Assembly: GCA_951406725.2 (NCBI GenBank)
Contig: OX597817.1
Span: 167,400,001-167,464,000, forward strand
DNA length: 64,000 nucleotides
Direction of reading: 5' to 3'
Source of the DNA: Octopus vulgaris
Lineage: Eukaryota
The position numbers were made by a program, and so were the translations under genes. This document shows positions 41,066-54,301 of the stretch, piece by piece. Positions within the stretch are counted from its first letter, which is position 1. Every line of letters begins with the position of its first letter. The notes below the pieces were generated by a model. It was not told where the DNA came from, made no database searches, and saw nothing but the letters and a program-made list of their open reading frames with translations.

Positions 41066-42893
41066 TTGTTAAGTATAACAATGGTGCTGGGCAATTTAGT
41101 GAAGTGTGATATATTGTAACGCAGTATGGTATGGAGTGGTACACTGTTGTACGATGTAGTTTGGAGTGGTGTCATATGATGTGCAGTGGCATAGAGTGGT
41201 ATTGTATACATATAGTCAACTAACGTGAGCTTTGATGTGGGGCAGTATCTCTGGTACAGTTTGGTGCAGTGAAGTGCGTAGTATAAATGAAGCGGGGAAG
41301 TGTTATATTGTGTTATACGTTGTAGTGCGGTATGTTGTAGTGTTGAGGTGCGGCTGAGTATACCGTGGTCTAGTTTGGTGTGGTGTAGTGCAGAGTGGTA
41401 CTGTGTGTTGTGGTACAATGTGTCGAGGAATGGTATGTTGTGGTGTTGGGTGGTATGGTGTAATACAGCGTGGTATGGTATGAAGGCTTGATGTGTTGTA
41501 GCGTGTATGATGTAGTATGATATGTTATAATATGGTGTACTGTAGTGTTGTATGGTATGATGTGGTATGGCACGGTGTGATGTTGTAAGTGTGGTTGAGT
41601 ATCATAGGTGATTGTCACGGGTGGATTGACATTGATCGTAAATTTATTTGATCAGGTTCGGCTTAAGGCTAAACAACAGCAACAACTACAACATCAACAA
41701 CAACAAAAATTACGACAGCAGCAACAACAACAATAGCAACAGTAACAACAATAGTGATGTATAAAACTCGAGTATACAACACTGTGCTGTAGCATAAATT
41801 GCAGAGGGCGCCCCTGCGAGTGTGCTCCCCTTGTGAGAAATAGCAGCCAGATTTCCCACAAGTCACACCCATCAGTCATTTAAAAGGCATGATAATCATG
41901 GTTGGAACGTCGTTGAACATATTTCTGCTCGGGGATAACCTGGAGCTACAAGACGATAACAATTCACCCTTACCAGAGTATACTGTACCCAACTGCATCC
42001 CACCACACAACACTGCAACACAAACTACCCCCTCACGATAATCTCACTGCCGCATGTGTGTGTATGTCAACAAGGTGCTTCTATATGGTTCTACAGTCTG
42101 CTAGAAATAGCAGCCAGAACACCATGAAATTACAACGTACCGTGTAAACGAATACCGTTACAATGATATAGTCATAGATATACACACCGCATACGAAGAC
42201 AGGGTGGTCGCAGCTGGAACGCTTTTGATTATAGGTCTGGTCGATAAGTACTGACCTGAGGCATAAGCATCAACAACATAGCCACGAACCAAAACTACAC
42301 TGCACCGCAGCTTCCACAACACTATTGCAGACACAACTACACTGCAGTATACACGACCATACCACAGCCAACGCTACAACATCGCACCATACACCTCCTA
42401 CCACAGCGATTCCCAAACCGCTAAACACCAAGCCCCGCCTTCCAAAACAAAAATTAGTTCAATTTTCGTGGTTCCCCCGTCTCCACCTCTCTTCATTAAC
42501 GAGAAGACGAGAGTGTGCATCTATGAGATTTCTACGTCGTTCGTTATGGACAAGTTTACAAAGTTTAAACCGTTTTATATTTTTATTAAACACCGTAATT
42601 TATTTCGCTTCGCTTTTTTTTTTTATTTCTATTTTCATTTTTTCTTCTTTTTAATGCTTCAAAAACCCTTCCTCCTCCCTGGGTGGGCCTGGCGTTCTCT
42701 GCGAGTAACACTGCACTACCATACCGACTGGTACCGCTTCATAGCTCATCACACTGTACCGTTTATTAACCCGCAACTGCTGTAAACATGGCACTGCTCA
42801 ACAACGAAATTAACTAGCATTCATTGACCTCTAAACTGACCTTTGCTCTTCTACACTACTCTTCTCCTACACACACACACATAAACACACACA

Positions 42894-43031
<138 letters not shown>

Positions 43032-43177
43032 TATATACACATATATATACATATATATACACACATATATATACATATACATTCGCTCACACATCCATAC
43101 ATATACATATACATAGCTATGTACATAGACGAAGACATACGTATAACAGAATTATGTATGAGTGTGAGTATATGTGT

Positions 43178-43213
<36 letters not shown>

Positions 43214-43271
43214 GTGGGGGTGTGTGTTTGTGTCTACACACATATACTCACACTCATATATATATATATAT

Positions 43272-44215
43272 CTTACTCTTTTACTTGTTTCAGTCATTTG
43301 ACTGCGGCCATGCTGGAGCACCGCCTTAAATCGAGCAACTCGACCCCGGGACTTATTCTTTTGTAAGCCCAGTACTTATTCTATCGGTCTCTTTTGCCGA
43401 ACCGCTAAGAAACGGGGACATAAACACACCAGCATCGGTTGTCAAGCAATGCTAGGGAGACAATCACAGACACACAAACACACATACATACATATATATA
43501 TATACATATATACGACAGGCTTCTTTCAGTTTCCGTCTACCAAATCCACTCACAAGGCTTTGGTCGGCCCGAGGCTATAGTAGAAGACACTTGCCCAAGG
43601 TGCCACGCAGTGGGACTGAACCCGGAACCATGTGGTTGGTAAACAAGCTACTTAACATACAGCCACTCCTGCGCTTATGAAGAAGAGTAAAGAGTAAAGA
43701 GAGTATATATATATATATAAATATATATATATATACTCTCTTTACTCTTTTACTTGTTTCAGTCATTTGACTGCGGCCATGCTGGAGTACCACCTTTAGT
43801 CGAACAAATCGACCCAAGACTTATTCTTTGTAGGCCTAGTACTTATTCTATCGTTCTTTTTTCCGAACCGCTAAGTTACGGGTACATAAACACACCGCCA
43901 TCAGTTGTCAAGCTATGGTGGGGGGACAAACACAAACACACACACACACACACATACACACACACACATATATATATGTATATATACATGTAGATGTAGG
44001 TACGTACATATGTTTGTATGTATGCATATATTTTATTTATTACACTATGTATATATATATATATATGTATACGATGGGCTTCTTTCAGTTTCCGTTTACC
44101 AAATCCACTCACAAGGCTTTGGTCGGCCCGAGGCAGTAGCAGAAGACACTTGCCCAAGGTGCCACGCAGTGGAACTGAACCAGGAACCATGTGATTGGTA
44201 AGCAGGCTACTCAGG
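43272..44215 (-). mobile_element. Two tandem SINE-A copies (43272-43674 and 43735-44215)
   Basis: Reverse-complement family A sequence twice, with tails abutting (TA)n. Confidence 0.9.
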
Positions 44216-44269
44216 CACCTACATATATGTACCTATGTATATACACATATATATGCATGCATGCATAAA

Positions 44270-44303
<34 letters not shown>

Positions 44304-44600
44304 GAAATACGTGTATTTATTCATAGATTTATAGACGCATATATCAAGATATTCCTTTATATGTTAGTGCCTGTATTTGCGTGTGCGTATGTATGTATAC
44401 ATGCGCATAGTATTATATGTGTATGTGTGTGTTGTCTTTCTGTGTGTGTATGTGTGTGGTATGCGTATGCATTTACGCACATATATAAAGACAGCTTTCT
44501 ATGTATGGGTGTATATATATACATATGCATACACACACACACAGATTTATATATATATATATATATACTTTATTTTAAGCAGCAGAAAATTCAACAAAAT

Positions 44601-44642
44601 CTGTTACTCTGAGTTTCTCGTTGCCGTTCATCAGACAGTTTT
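44601..44642 (-). ncRNA. Minimal type I hammerhead motif with intact core
   Basis: On -: ctgt-CTGATGA-acg-gcaa-cga-GAAACTC-a-GAGTA^acag. Stem I ctgt/acag, quasi-palindromic stem III ACTC/GAGT, GUA cleavage triplet. It sits in a ~85-bp insert between (TA)n tracts. Confidence 0.65.
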
Positions 44643-44650
44643 TGCTAGAA

Positions 44651-44723
<73 letters not shown>

Positions 44724-44764
44724 GTATATGTATATATATATATGCACTTGTGTGTATGTGTGTA

Positions 44765-44980
44765 TATGTTTGTGTGTGTCTGTGTGTGTGTGCCCCCCCC
44801 AAACATCGATTGACAACCTATGCTGGTGTGCTTACGTCCCCGTAACTTAGCGGTTCGGCAAAAGAGACCGATAGAATAAGTACTAGGCTTACAAAGCATC
44901 AGTCCTGGGGTCGATTTGTTCGACTAAAGGCGGTGCTCCAGCATGGCCGCAGTCAAATGACTGAAACAACTAAAAGAGTG
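44765..44980 (+). mobile_element. SINE-A 3' half
   Basis: tgacaacc.atgctggtgtg...gactgaaacaactaaaagag. Confidence 0.85.
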
Positions 44981-45019
44981 TATACATCAAGCATTATATA
45001 TTATATATATATATACACA

Positions 45020-45076
<57 letters not shown>

Positions 45077-45728
45077 TCACACTCACACTCACACTCACTC
45101 ACACACACACTCACACACACTCACACACATAAACGCATACATCATATATGCACACACATATACATTCTATAATCATATACACATATATACACAGAGAACT
45201 GCAGCTCCTTCGTAATATACACCGACAGAAACTGTAAGAAGTGTAACCTTCATATTGTGCATACATACATGCGTAAAACCACACATACAAGCATATACAC
45301 ACATGAATACATACATATATATACGCATGGACATATATACACAGAAATATATACATACGTATCTATATACATATATGTGTGTTTCTGTGAGTGTGTGTAT
45401 GTATATGTGTATGTGTGTTTGTGTGTGTTTGTGCGTGTTTGTGTTTGTGTGTGTGTGTGTGTGTGCGTGCGTAAACAGCCATCTTTGTACCCAGGTAAAG
45501 CGCGCAACTGCTACACCCCACCCGCCACTCACGCACACACACACACTCGAAAAATTAGCCAAACACGTGAGACGAGAGAAATGAATAAGAAAACAAAACA
45601 CACCAAATACATACGTATATATATATATATATATGTATATATGCGTCTGTATATATGTGTGTGTGTGTGCGTGCGTCTGTATGTGTGTGTGTATATACAC
45701 ATACAAATATATATATATATATATATAA

Positions 45729-45790
<62 letters not shown>

Positions 45791-45891
45791 TCATACAAAT
45801 ATGTGTGTGTAGACGTGTGTGTAAGTGTGTATAGACGCATACATACACACACATTCACATGTACAGCAAGATATACCGGCACACATGCATT

Positions 45892-45926
<35 letters not shown>

Positions 45927-46394
45927 GTACATACACCCCATTATTTCTACAGACGCCACCATCCACAATACCACCGCCACCATCCGCAATACCGCCGTCA
46001 CCATCTGCAATACTGCCGTACCGGCAAACAACGCCACTACCACCATCATCTCTGTAATATCCCCCATCATCATAATCATCATCATCATCATCATCATCAC
46101 CATCATCATTACCATCATCATCATCCAACAATACCACCACCGCAGCCGCCGCCGCCGCCATCACTCTACCAGCAAAACCGCCAGTTTCACCACCACCACC
46201 ATTACCAATTACTCCACTATCGCCACCACCAGAAATAGAAAAAAAAAATAATAAAACCCCTTCAACACCGCTACCACCTACTCACCCACTATTAAAAAAA
46301 AAAATCTCCACCACCAATCTCCACCACCATCCCCATCTCCACCACCATCCTCATCATCACCATCACCACTACCACCATCGCTATCGTACAGTAT

Positions 46395-46570
46395 ATACAC
46401 GTGAGTTGATGTCTGTTAAAAGGTGGCCGCCATGTTGACATCAGTTATAAAGAGGGAGAGAGAGGGAGAGAGAGGGAGAGTGAGAGAGAGGAGGTGAAAG
46501 AGAAGTAGTCACGTGTGCTATAACATGTTTTTAGTTGAGTACATCTGATGTCGTCTTCTCATTGGTTACC
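46395..46570. promoter_or_regulatory. Possible regulatory island (motif cluster)
   Basis: Two CACGTG (46398, 46510), YY1-like GCCGCCATGTT (46426), TATAAA (46446), a GA-repeat and ATTGG (46561) in non-TE sequence between simple repeats. Confidence 0.25.
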
Positions 46571-46607
46571 TATTAGGTTGTTCTAACACTAGCACTTCAC
46601 AACCACC

Positions 46608-47935
46608 ACTCTCCTCCTTCTCCTTCTCCTCGTTCGTTGTCTTCTTCTTCTTCTTCTTCTCCTTCTTCTTCTTGGTCGTCTGCTTCTTCTTCTTCTTCTT
46701 CTTCTTCTTCTTCTTCTTCTTCTTCTTCTTCTTCTTCTTCTTCTTCTTCTTCTTCTTCTTCTTCTTCTTCTTCTTGGTCGTCTGCTTCTTCTTCTTCTTC
46801 TTCTTCTTCTTCTTCTTCTTCTTCTTCTTCTTCTTCTTCTTCTTCTTCTTGGTCGTCTGCTTCTTCCTTTTCTCCATCTTCTCAATCTTCATTATTTTTC
46901 TCTCCCCTTTCTTCTTTCCGTTTCCCGCTTCTTCTTCATTCGTCTGTCTTCTTTTTACTTCATACGCTGTTCCTACTTGTCTGTCTTTGCTATCCCTCTT
47001 CTTCGTCCGCCTTGTATATATATTCCTGTCAACCATCCCCGCTTTTTTCTGTCCTCTTGCTTTTCGTTACTTCCTTTGTCCACTCTTTCTCCCATCCCTT
47101 TCTTCATTCATGTCCTCTTCTTTCGCCTTTTCTCTCTTCTTTCATGTGTCTGTGTCTGTTCTTCCTAGCTTTTTGTCCTTCTCTTATTTATTCTTTTGTC
47201 CAGTTCGCTTCAGTTATGTCCTGTCCTCTTTTTCCTTTGCATCTGCTTTTCTTATGTCCTTATCTTCTTTTTGTCCTGTCTTCTTCTGCTTCCTACTTTC
47301 TTCCTCCTTGTTTTTTCCTTTCTCTTGTCCCTCTCCGTTTTACTTTCATTTCTGCAAGTTTATTTCTTTCCTCTTCCTTACTTTTTTTATCTCTCGTACT
47401 CTTTCAATCTCTTCCTTTCTTCTTCTTCTTCTTCTTCTTCTTCTTCTTCTCCTTCTTTTCTTCTTCTTCTTCTTCTTCTTCTTCTTCTTCTTCTTCTTCT
47501 TCTTCTTCTTCTTCTTCTTCTTCTTCTTCTTCTTTGTCGTCGTTGTCCTCTTCGTTTTCTTTTTCTTCCTCTCCTTCCTCTCTTTTTGTCCGTTTTCTTC
47601 TTCTTCTTCTTGTTCGTTTACATCTCCGTTTTCTTCTTCTTCATCGTCATCTTCTCCTCCTTCTTCTTTTACTTCTCCTCTTTTTCTTTTACTTCTCCTT
47701 CTACTTTTTCTTCTTCTTCTTTGTCGTCTCCGTTTTCTTATTCTTCATTGCCATCTTCTTCTTTTACCTCTCCTCCTCCTTTTCCTTCGTTTCCTTCTTC
47801 TTCTTTTACTTCTCCTACTCGTTCTTCTTCTTCTTCTTCTTCTTCTCCTTCTTCTTCTTCTTCTCCTTCTTCTTCTTCTTCTTCTTCTTCTTCTTCTTCT
47901 TCTATCCAGTCTTCCTTTCATCTTGTTCTTTCTAG
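46608..47935. repeat. ~1.3-kb polypyrimidine/(TTC)n tract
   Basis: Pure (TTC)n runs with ttggtcgtctgc interruptions, plus a degenerate C/T-rich middle. Confidence 0.95.
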
Positions 47936-48727
47936 TCCTGCTACTACATATCTGTTGTGTTGTTGTTGCTTGATTTTTGTTGCTACTGCTGTTGTTGTTG
48001 TGTTGTGCTATGGCACTTGTCAGTAGTTGGCACAATGATGAAGCTCGATCCACAGACCCATCTTCCCAGTTATACAATTGTCTGCATCTACCAGAGTACC
48101 AAAATTTCACACTTCGACATTCAATGATAAATCCTGTGAAACGAGGTATAATGTAACAGACCGGCAATGGCGTAGTAAGTGTGCGTGCCGCCCGCGGTAA
48201 CCCTTGAGTTTTCCGACCCTTACTCGCCATCCACAAGCTTATGCAGACTTATACAGCAGGCTCCGGGGCAGACCGCCCGCTCCTTACCAACAGCTATGCT
48301 ACGGCAATCTGGACATGTTACTCACTCTCCACTGTCCAGTTTATTCTTGCATGTTCATCGATTCTGATGGTGGCTACGGTGGGGTGGCTTTGGTGGACTC
48401 AGAGCGCGACAGTTGCTGAACCTTTGCAGTCATTGCTAATAGTATGAACCCAATCACAATGTTTAGGGGTCACAGAGGCGTATCAAGGAGGTGGAGACCG
48501 GGGATGGAGACGATTCTCCCAAGAGATGCTTTTGTGGTGGGGACAGCACTTTTGGATCTGCCGTATAAGCCTGTACAAGCTCGTGGGGCACGAGGAGCGG
48601 GCGTGGAAGACCCAAGGGCTACAAGGAGTAGCACATACTTTTTCCACGTCATTGAGGTGGGGTCAGTAACATTATTGATTTTCGATGTATTTCTGTGCAT
48701 ATCTATGTTTATATATATATATATATA

Positions 48728-48908
48728 GGCGCAGGAGTGGCTGTGTGGTAAGTAGCTTGCTTACCAACCACATGGTTCCAGGTTCAGTCCCACTGCGTGG
48801 CATCTTGGGGAAGTGTCTTCTGCTATAGCCCCGGGCCGACCAATACATTGTGAGTGGATTTGGTAGACGGAAACTGAAAGAAGCCTGTCGTATATATGTA
48901 TATATATG

Positions 48909-48939
<31 letters not shown>

Positions 48940-49160
48940 TTGTGTGTCTGTGTTTGTCCCCCTAGCATTGCTTGACAACCGATGCTGGTGTGTTTACGTC
49001 CCCGTCACTTAGCGGTTCGGCAAAAGAGAGACCGATAGAATAAGTACTGGGCTTACAAAGAATAAGTCCCGGGGTCGATTTGCTCGACTAAAGGCGGTGC
49101 TCCAGCATGGCCGCAGTCAAATGACTGAAACAAGTAAAAGAGTAAAAGAGTAGAGAGAGT
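48728..49160 (+). mobile_element. SINE family A, full length
   Basis: The head follows (TA)n and the tail ends at gagagagtatata. Confidence 0.92.
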
Positions 49161-49322
49161 ATATACACTTTAAGTGCTTGTCCGAGCTGAGTGGGAAAGA
49201 TGGTGTTTTAGAATGGCTGCTGTTGTAGCAATTGCTGTGAGGTGTTGTATATGTAGCTGGATGTTAGGGGAGGAGTTCATGGAATAGCAAATTATTGGGA
49301 TTATTGGTATATCATTTATCTG

Positions 49323-49556
49323 AAGGCAGCGAGCTGGCAGAAACGTTAGCAGGCCGGACGAAATGCTCAGCGGCATTTCGTCTGCCGTTACGTTCTGAGT
49401 TCAAATTCCGCCGAGGTCGACTTTACCTTTCATCCTTTCGGTGTCGATAAATTAAGTACCAGTTACGCACTAGGGTCGATATAATCGACTTAATCCGTTT
49501 GTCTGTCGTTGTTTGTCCCCTCTGTGTGTAGCCCCTTGTGGGCAGTAAATAAATAG
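49323..49556 (+). mobile_element. SINE family B monomer with ~16-bp TSD
   Basis: TSD ggtatatcatttatct / ggtatattatttatct. Confidence 0.9.
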
Positions 49557-49752
49557 GTATATTATTTATCTTTTATTTGTCTAAGTTATTGGACTGCAGC
49601 CATGCTGGAGTAACGCATTAAGGAGTTTGGTCGAACAAGTCGACTCCAGCACTTATTTTATCGGTCTGTTTCGTCGAACCGCTAATATACGTGAACGCAG
49701 TACTACACCTGTTGTCAAGTGATGTGGAGGAGAGAGCAAATACAAACACATA

Positions 49753-50247
49753 GGCGCAGGAGTGGCTGTGTGGTAAGTAGCTTGCTAACCAACCACATGG
49801 TTCCGGGTTCAGTCCCACTGCGTGGCATCTTGGGCAAGTGTCTTCTGCTATAGCCTCGGGCCGACCAATGCCTTGTGAGTGGATTTGGTAGACGGAAACT
49901 GAAAGAAGCCTGTCGTATATATGTATATATATATGTGTGTGTGTGTGTGTGTTTGTGTGTCTGTATTTGTCCCCTTAGCATTGCTTGACAACCGATGCTG
50001 GTGTGTTTACGTCCCCGTCACTTAGCGGTTCGGCAAAAGAGACCGATAGAATAAGTACTGGGCTTACAAAGAATAAGTCCCGGGGTCGATTTGCTCAATT
50101 AAAGGCGGTGCTCCAGCATGGCCGCAGTCAAATGACTGAAACAAGTAAAAGAGTAAAAGAGTAAAGAGTATATATATATACTCTTTTACTCTTTTACTCT
50201 TTTACTTGTTTCAGTCATTTGACTGCGGCCATGCTGGAGCACCGCCT
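49753..50247 (+). mobile_element. SINE-A full length followed by an inverted copy of its last ~65 bp across a (TA)n spacer
   Basis: aggcggtgctccagc...gtaaagag-(TA)n-ctcttttac...gctggagcaccgcct. Confidence 0.9.
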
Positions 50248-50292
50248 ATATATATAGATATAGATATAGATATAGATAGATAAATAAATAGG

Positions 50293-50327
<35 letters not shown>

Positions 50328-50345
50328 GTAGATAGATAGATAGAT

Positions 50346-50490
50346 AGGTTTAAGAGACAGAATCGCCCTCAAGGTACATGTAGGACTAAATATTAAATTT
50401 TTTAATAGTTAGTCCTATATGTACCTATCGTGGATAATGTCATTCAATGATGATTGAGTTGCTTGAGGGTGATTCTGTCTCTTAAACCTA
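50346..50490. mobile_element. ~145-bp MITE-like element with ~29-bp TIRs and an internal hairpin
   Basis: taggtttaagagacagaatcgccctcaag / cttgagggtgattctgtctcttaaaccta, with internal ggtacatgtaggactaa / ttagtcctatatgtacc. Confidence 0.8.
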
Positions 50491-51034
50491 TATATATATA
50501 TGTATATAATACCGTGAGTAATTCATTTTAGTACCACTAAATTGAAATTCTCTCCCCTGTGGACTCGGAAATAACTTCCCTAATATTAATATATATATAC
50601 ATACATACATACATACATACATACATACATACATACATACATACATACATACATACATACATACATACATACATACGTACGTACGTACGTACATACGTAC
50701 ATACATACATACATACATACATACATACATACATACATACATACATACATACATACATACATACATACATACATACGTACGTGCGTAGGTGTTTGTCTTT
50801 GCGTTCGAGTTTGTCAGCTCCACCCCTTGACAACTGGTATTAGGTTGCGTAGGTGTTTACGTCCCTGTAACTTAGCGGTTCAGCTTTAGAAACCGATGAA
50901 ACAAAGAATAGTGCTGGGCTCGATTCGTTCGACTAAATCCTTCGAGGCAGTGCCCCCAGCATGGCCACAGCCTAATGACTAAAACATGTAAGAGATAAAT
51001 GATAAAACATAAACATCACTAAGTGTGTGATATA

Positions 51035-51300
51035 CAGTTGCGGCCAAAATGTTCAGAACGGCATTATTTTTGTCAGAAAAGTAAGTATAAGTTTTTATCA
51101 AAGTAGTTTTATATTCTATAATTTTCACAGACAATAAATACAATATTAATTGTTATTGTCTGAGATTTTGGTGTAATTTGAGAGGATAACACAAAAGTTA
51201 TGGATGATTTAGTGATTTACTGCAAAACCCATGGCGGCCAAAATGATATATCTACTTTTCTGACGAAAACAATGCCGTTCTAACATTTTGGCCGCCACTG
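51035..51300. mobile_element. Tc1-type MITE
   Basis: TA-cagttgcggccaaaatgttcagaacggcatt...aatgccgttctaacattttggccgccactg-TA, with ~50-bp imperfect TIRs. Confidence 0.85.
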
Positions 51301-51429
51301 TAAATTCAATATAATTTCTTAGCTGGATTATTACATCGATTATGTTATTACCTGCCTTGTTACAGCGTTTAACGCGCTTATTCTCTATAATTGATATAAA
51401 ACTAACACCGTTTTATAGCTTCTTATAAT

Positions 51430-51650
51430 ATTGGTTTCAAGTTTTGGCACAAGACCAGCAGTTTCCAGTGGGGGTTGGGTGAAGTTGATCGCATCGACCC
51501 CAGTGTCCATCTGATTCTTATTTTGTCTACCCCGAAAGGATGAAACGCAAAGTTAACCTCTGAAATTGAATTCAGAACGTAAAAACGGACGAAATTCCAC
51601 TAAGCATTTTGCCAGACGTACAAACAAGTCTGTCAGCCTGCCGTCGCAGA
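51430..51650 (-). mobile_element. Older SINE-B copy
   Basis: ttttggcacaag.ccagcag...catcgaccccagtg...ccccgaaaggatgaaa, as in 38883-39100. Confidence 0.7.
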
Positions 51651-51927
51651 TAAATTTCTAGTAACCATCATGTGCTAATGAAATACGAACCTGCGTTACA
51701 GCGCATTAAACAGCCTAACGCGCTCGGCGCTGCTACCTTGGCAAGCAGTGGCCACCTGTTGAAATAATATAGCAACCTCGTAATATTGTAATATCACCCT
51801 CGTTTCAATAAAACAAATTGTTAGTGTAAAGTCTTCAGGATAGTGGGTTACCAGAATCATTAGATCCGTGGATACTTTGCAGCTATTTATTCTGGTTCTT
51901 TACGTTGTAAGATCAGATCCGACCGAG

Positions 51928-52278
51928 TTGGTTACGACGACGAGGGTTTCAATTGATCCGATCAACAAAACAGCCTGCTCGTGAAATTAAAGTGTAAGTG
52001 GCTGAGCACTCCACAGACACGTGTACCCTTAACGTAGTTCTCGGAAAGATTTACACAGGGTGTGGACAAGGCTGGCCCTTTGAAATACAGGTACAACAGA
52101 AACAGGATGGAAGAATGAGAGAAAGTTGTGGTGAAAGTGTACAACAGGGTTCACCACCATCCCTGCCGGAGCCTCGTGGAGCTTTAGGTGTTTTCGCTCA
52201 ATAAACACTCACAACGCCCGGTCTGGGAATCGAAACCGCGATCCTAATACCTAACCAGTGGGCCATTGCGCCTCCACA
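51928..52278 (-). mobile_element. SINE family C, tail variant 1 (a further 3' fragment at 52662-52760)
   Basis: Reverse complement of the 33454-33841 sequence. Confidence 0.85.
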
Positions 52279-54098
52279 TATCCACAATAAATTATTTGGG
52301 AATTAACATTTGTACGAGGACACCTAATAACACAAATATTATTTTAGAAAAACGGTAGAAATATATTCCTAAATGGAAGGTACGATGCTTCATTGCCAAA
52401 TAAATTGTATCACAAAAGGATAAACAACATAGTTTGCGATAGATGGCGCTTGATGCAGAATGGTTTGTAATTTAGTTGTTCATACAATTTCCTTCTATCC
52501 AGTTTAATTTAAGTCATATGAATTGACTCAAATCTATGGAAAATAAGATTTGTTCATGATGCTATACAGTAGGATTGAACCCGGGACCTTGTTGTTGCGA
52601 AGTGAACTTCTCAATTATTCAGCCATATCGCACCAACTATATTAATTTGTATCCACAATCGTGGCACTCCGTTGGTTACGACGACGAGGGTTCCAATTGA
52701 TCCGATCAACGGAACAGTCTGCTCGTGAAATGAACGTGTAAGTGGCTCAGCACTCCACACAGCTAAAACATGTCAGCCCCAGTTTAGTATCACTATAAAC
52801 AAAAGCGCTCCAATTGTGATCATCCCGTACTTTTAAGAGTATGAATAAATGATCTAGAGGGACCCGTATTGTTGCATTATACATCAACAAATTCTTCCAT
52901 TGTGTCGAACATGAGAACCTCCTAGCCATTTCCTGTCCAAATTCTTCATTCTGTGTTTCATCTGATGGATCGGAAACTTCCTGCCAGGTCGTATTATGCC
53001 AACACTCAAAAAATCCTGACTTCCATGTTTTGTAATGTCTCCTGCGCTTTTAGATCTATTCGTTAACGACATACATCCTGTCGCTGCTAACAACATACAC
53101 TCCTAGATAGATGATACTACTTCTCCTTAACCATCAGCACAGACATGTTATGCACCCATTCCATTCCACGGACAATGCCTCTTGAGAATACTCGTTAATA
53201 AGGACACGGCAACTTAGGTTATTTCATTGGCACAAAGACACAACCACTCCAAATGTCAAAGAAACAGTCTCGTATCTGACACTCTCTAGGCATTAGGAAC
53301 ACACCTAAACCTTTTAAAGCGCAACAGATACTAAAATTCTTCACAATGTTAATTGCCAGCAGACTTTCAGTCCAACAACACGTTCCAGCTGACACGGTTG
53401 TAATCCCACTTACCTGGATAATATATTACCTGGATAATATATACTCCTGTTACTTCCTCGTAGTCATCCGTTCGCGAGGTAGCCAATAGAATAACAGCCA
53501 ATAGAATAGCCGCGTGTGTAAACATGACTACCTTGTACACAGGTCGTTCAGTTAAAGTAGGCTACACCTAACTATATCTTTCACCAAAGAAAAGAAGGTA
53601 GCTTTTCTCTGCGTAGTAACCATACTGAAAGATGTGGTATGGAAGACGCGAGCGATAGGGATTGCGACAGGTCAATTCATCTCCGGACTTGGGCTGGTGA
53701 ATTACTTCGCTGCCCATCTGTCCAGCAAGATCCGTCTGGAGAAGAGGAGCCTGGCGCAAAGAGCGTTTGGAAAAATATGGATGACAATGGTAAGATAGAT
53801 GAGAATGCACGAGGCTGTGCTTGCACGGTCGGTCGGAGCATAAAAGGTAGGAAAAAGATTACCAAAAGGGATAACCAACCGGCGGGTTAATTCACTAACC
53901 CGGAACCCAATTTCCATCCAATCATCACGTATATTTTTAACTCCCATTCGTAAAATATATGTAAATCCATCTGTCTTTTCATCTTGTATATAAGAAGCGT
54001 GCTTGTACCCTACATGTCCTTTGTATGTCCTCGTAATGTCCCCTCTATGTAAACTTTTTTATAGGTAAATAAAGAAATATACACCTGTGGAATATACA

Positions 54099-54256
54099 GA
54101 GTGGCTGTGTGGTAAGTAGCTTGCTAACCAACCACATGGTTCCGGGTTCAGTCCCACTGCGCGGCATCTTGGGCAAGTGACTTCTGCTATAGCCCCGGGC
54201 CGACCAAAGTCTTGTGAGTGGATTTGGTTGACGGAAACTGAAAGAAGCCCGTCGTG

Positions 54257-54301
<45 letters not shown>

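Larger units (their letters stand above)
37055..42420. repeat. Degenerate pentamer-based (ACTAC/ACACC) low-complexity field with strand switches, interrupted by SINEs and MITEs
   Basis: C/A-rich at ~37060-38760, G/T-rich (gtgta/gtggt) at ~39460-41620, and C/A-rich again at ~41980-42420. Confidence 0.75.

Noticed and set aside
39947-41618. Thr/His-rich mucin-like ORFs
   Set aside because: These are by-products of the degenerate pentamer repeat field, with frames interrupted and crossed by SINEs.
45825-46251. His/Pro-rich or Asp/Gly-rich protein exon
   Set aside because: Built from CAT/CAC/CCG trinucleotide repeats continuous with microsatellites, with no convincing splice sites or domain.
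46637-48026. Long ORFs of 432, 433 and 276 aa
   Set aside because: These are translations of the (TTC)n/polypyrimidine tract, which lacks stop codons for compositional reasons.
52770-53400. Possible very old RTE LINE 3' region on the - strand
   Set aside because: Only faint resemblance (AGDITK...RPGRKFPIHQMKHRMKNL), too degraded to call by eye.
53535-54050. Possible Tc1/mariner-type transposase remnant or host exon
   Set aside because: No clear catalytic motif, matching TIR pair or splice-site pair was found.
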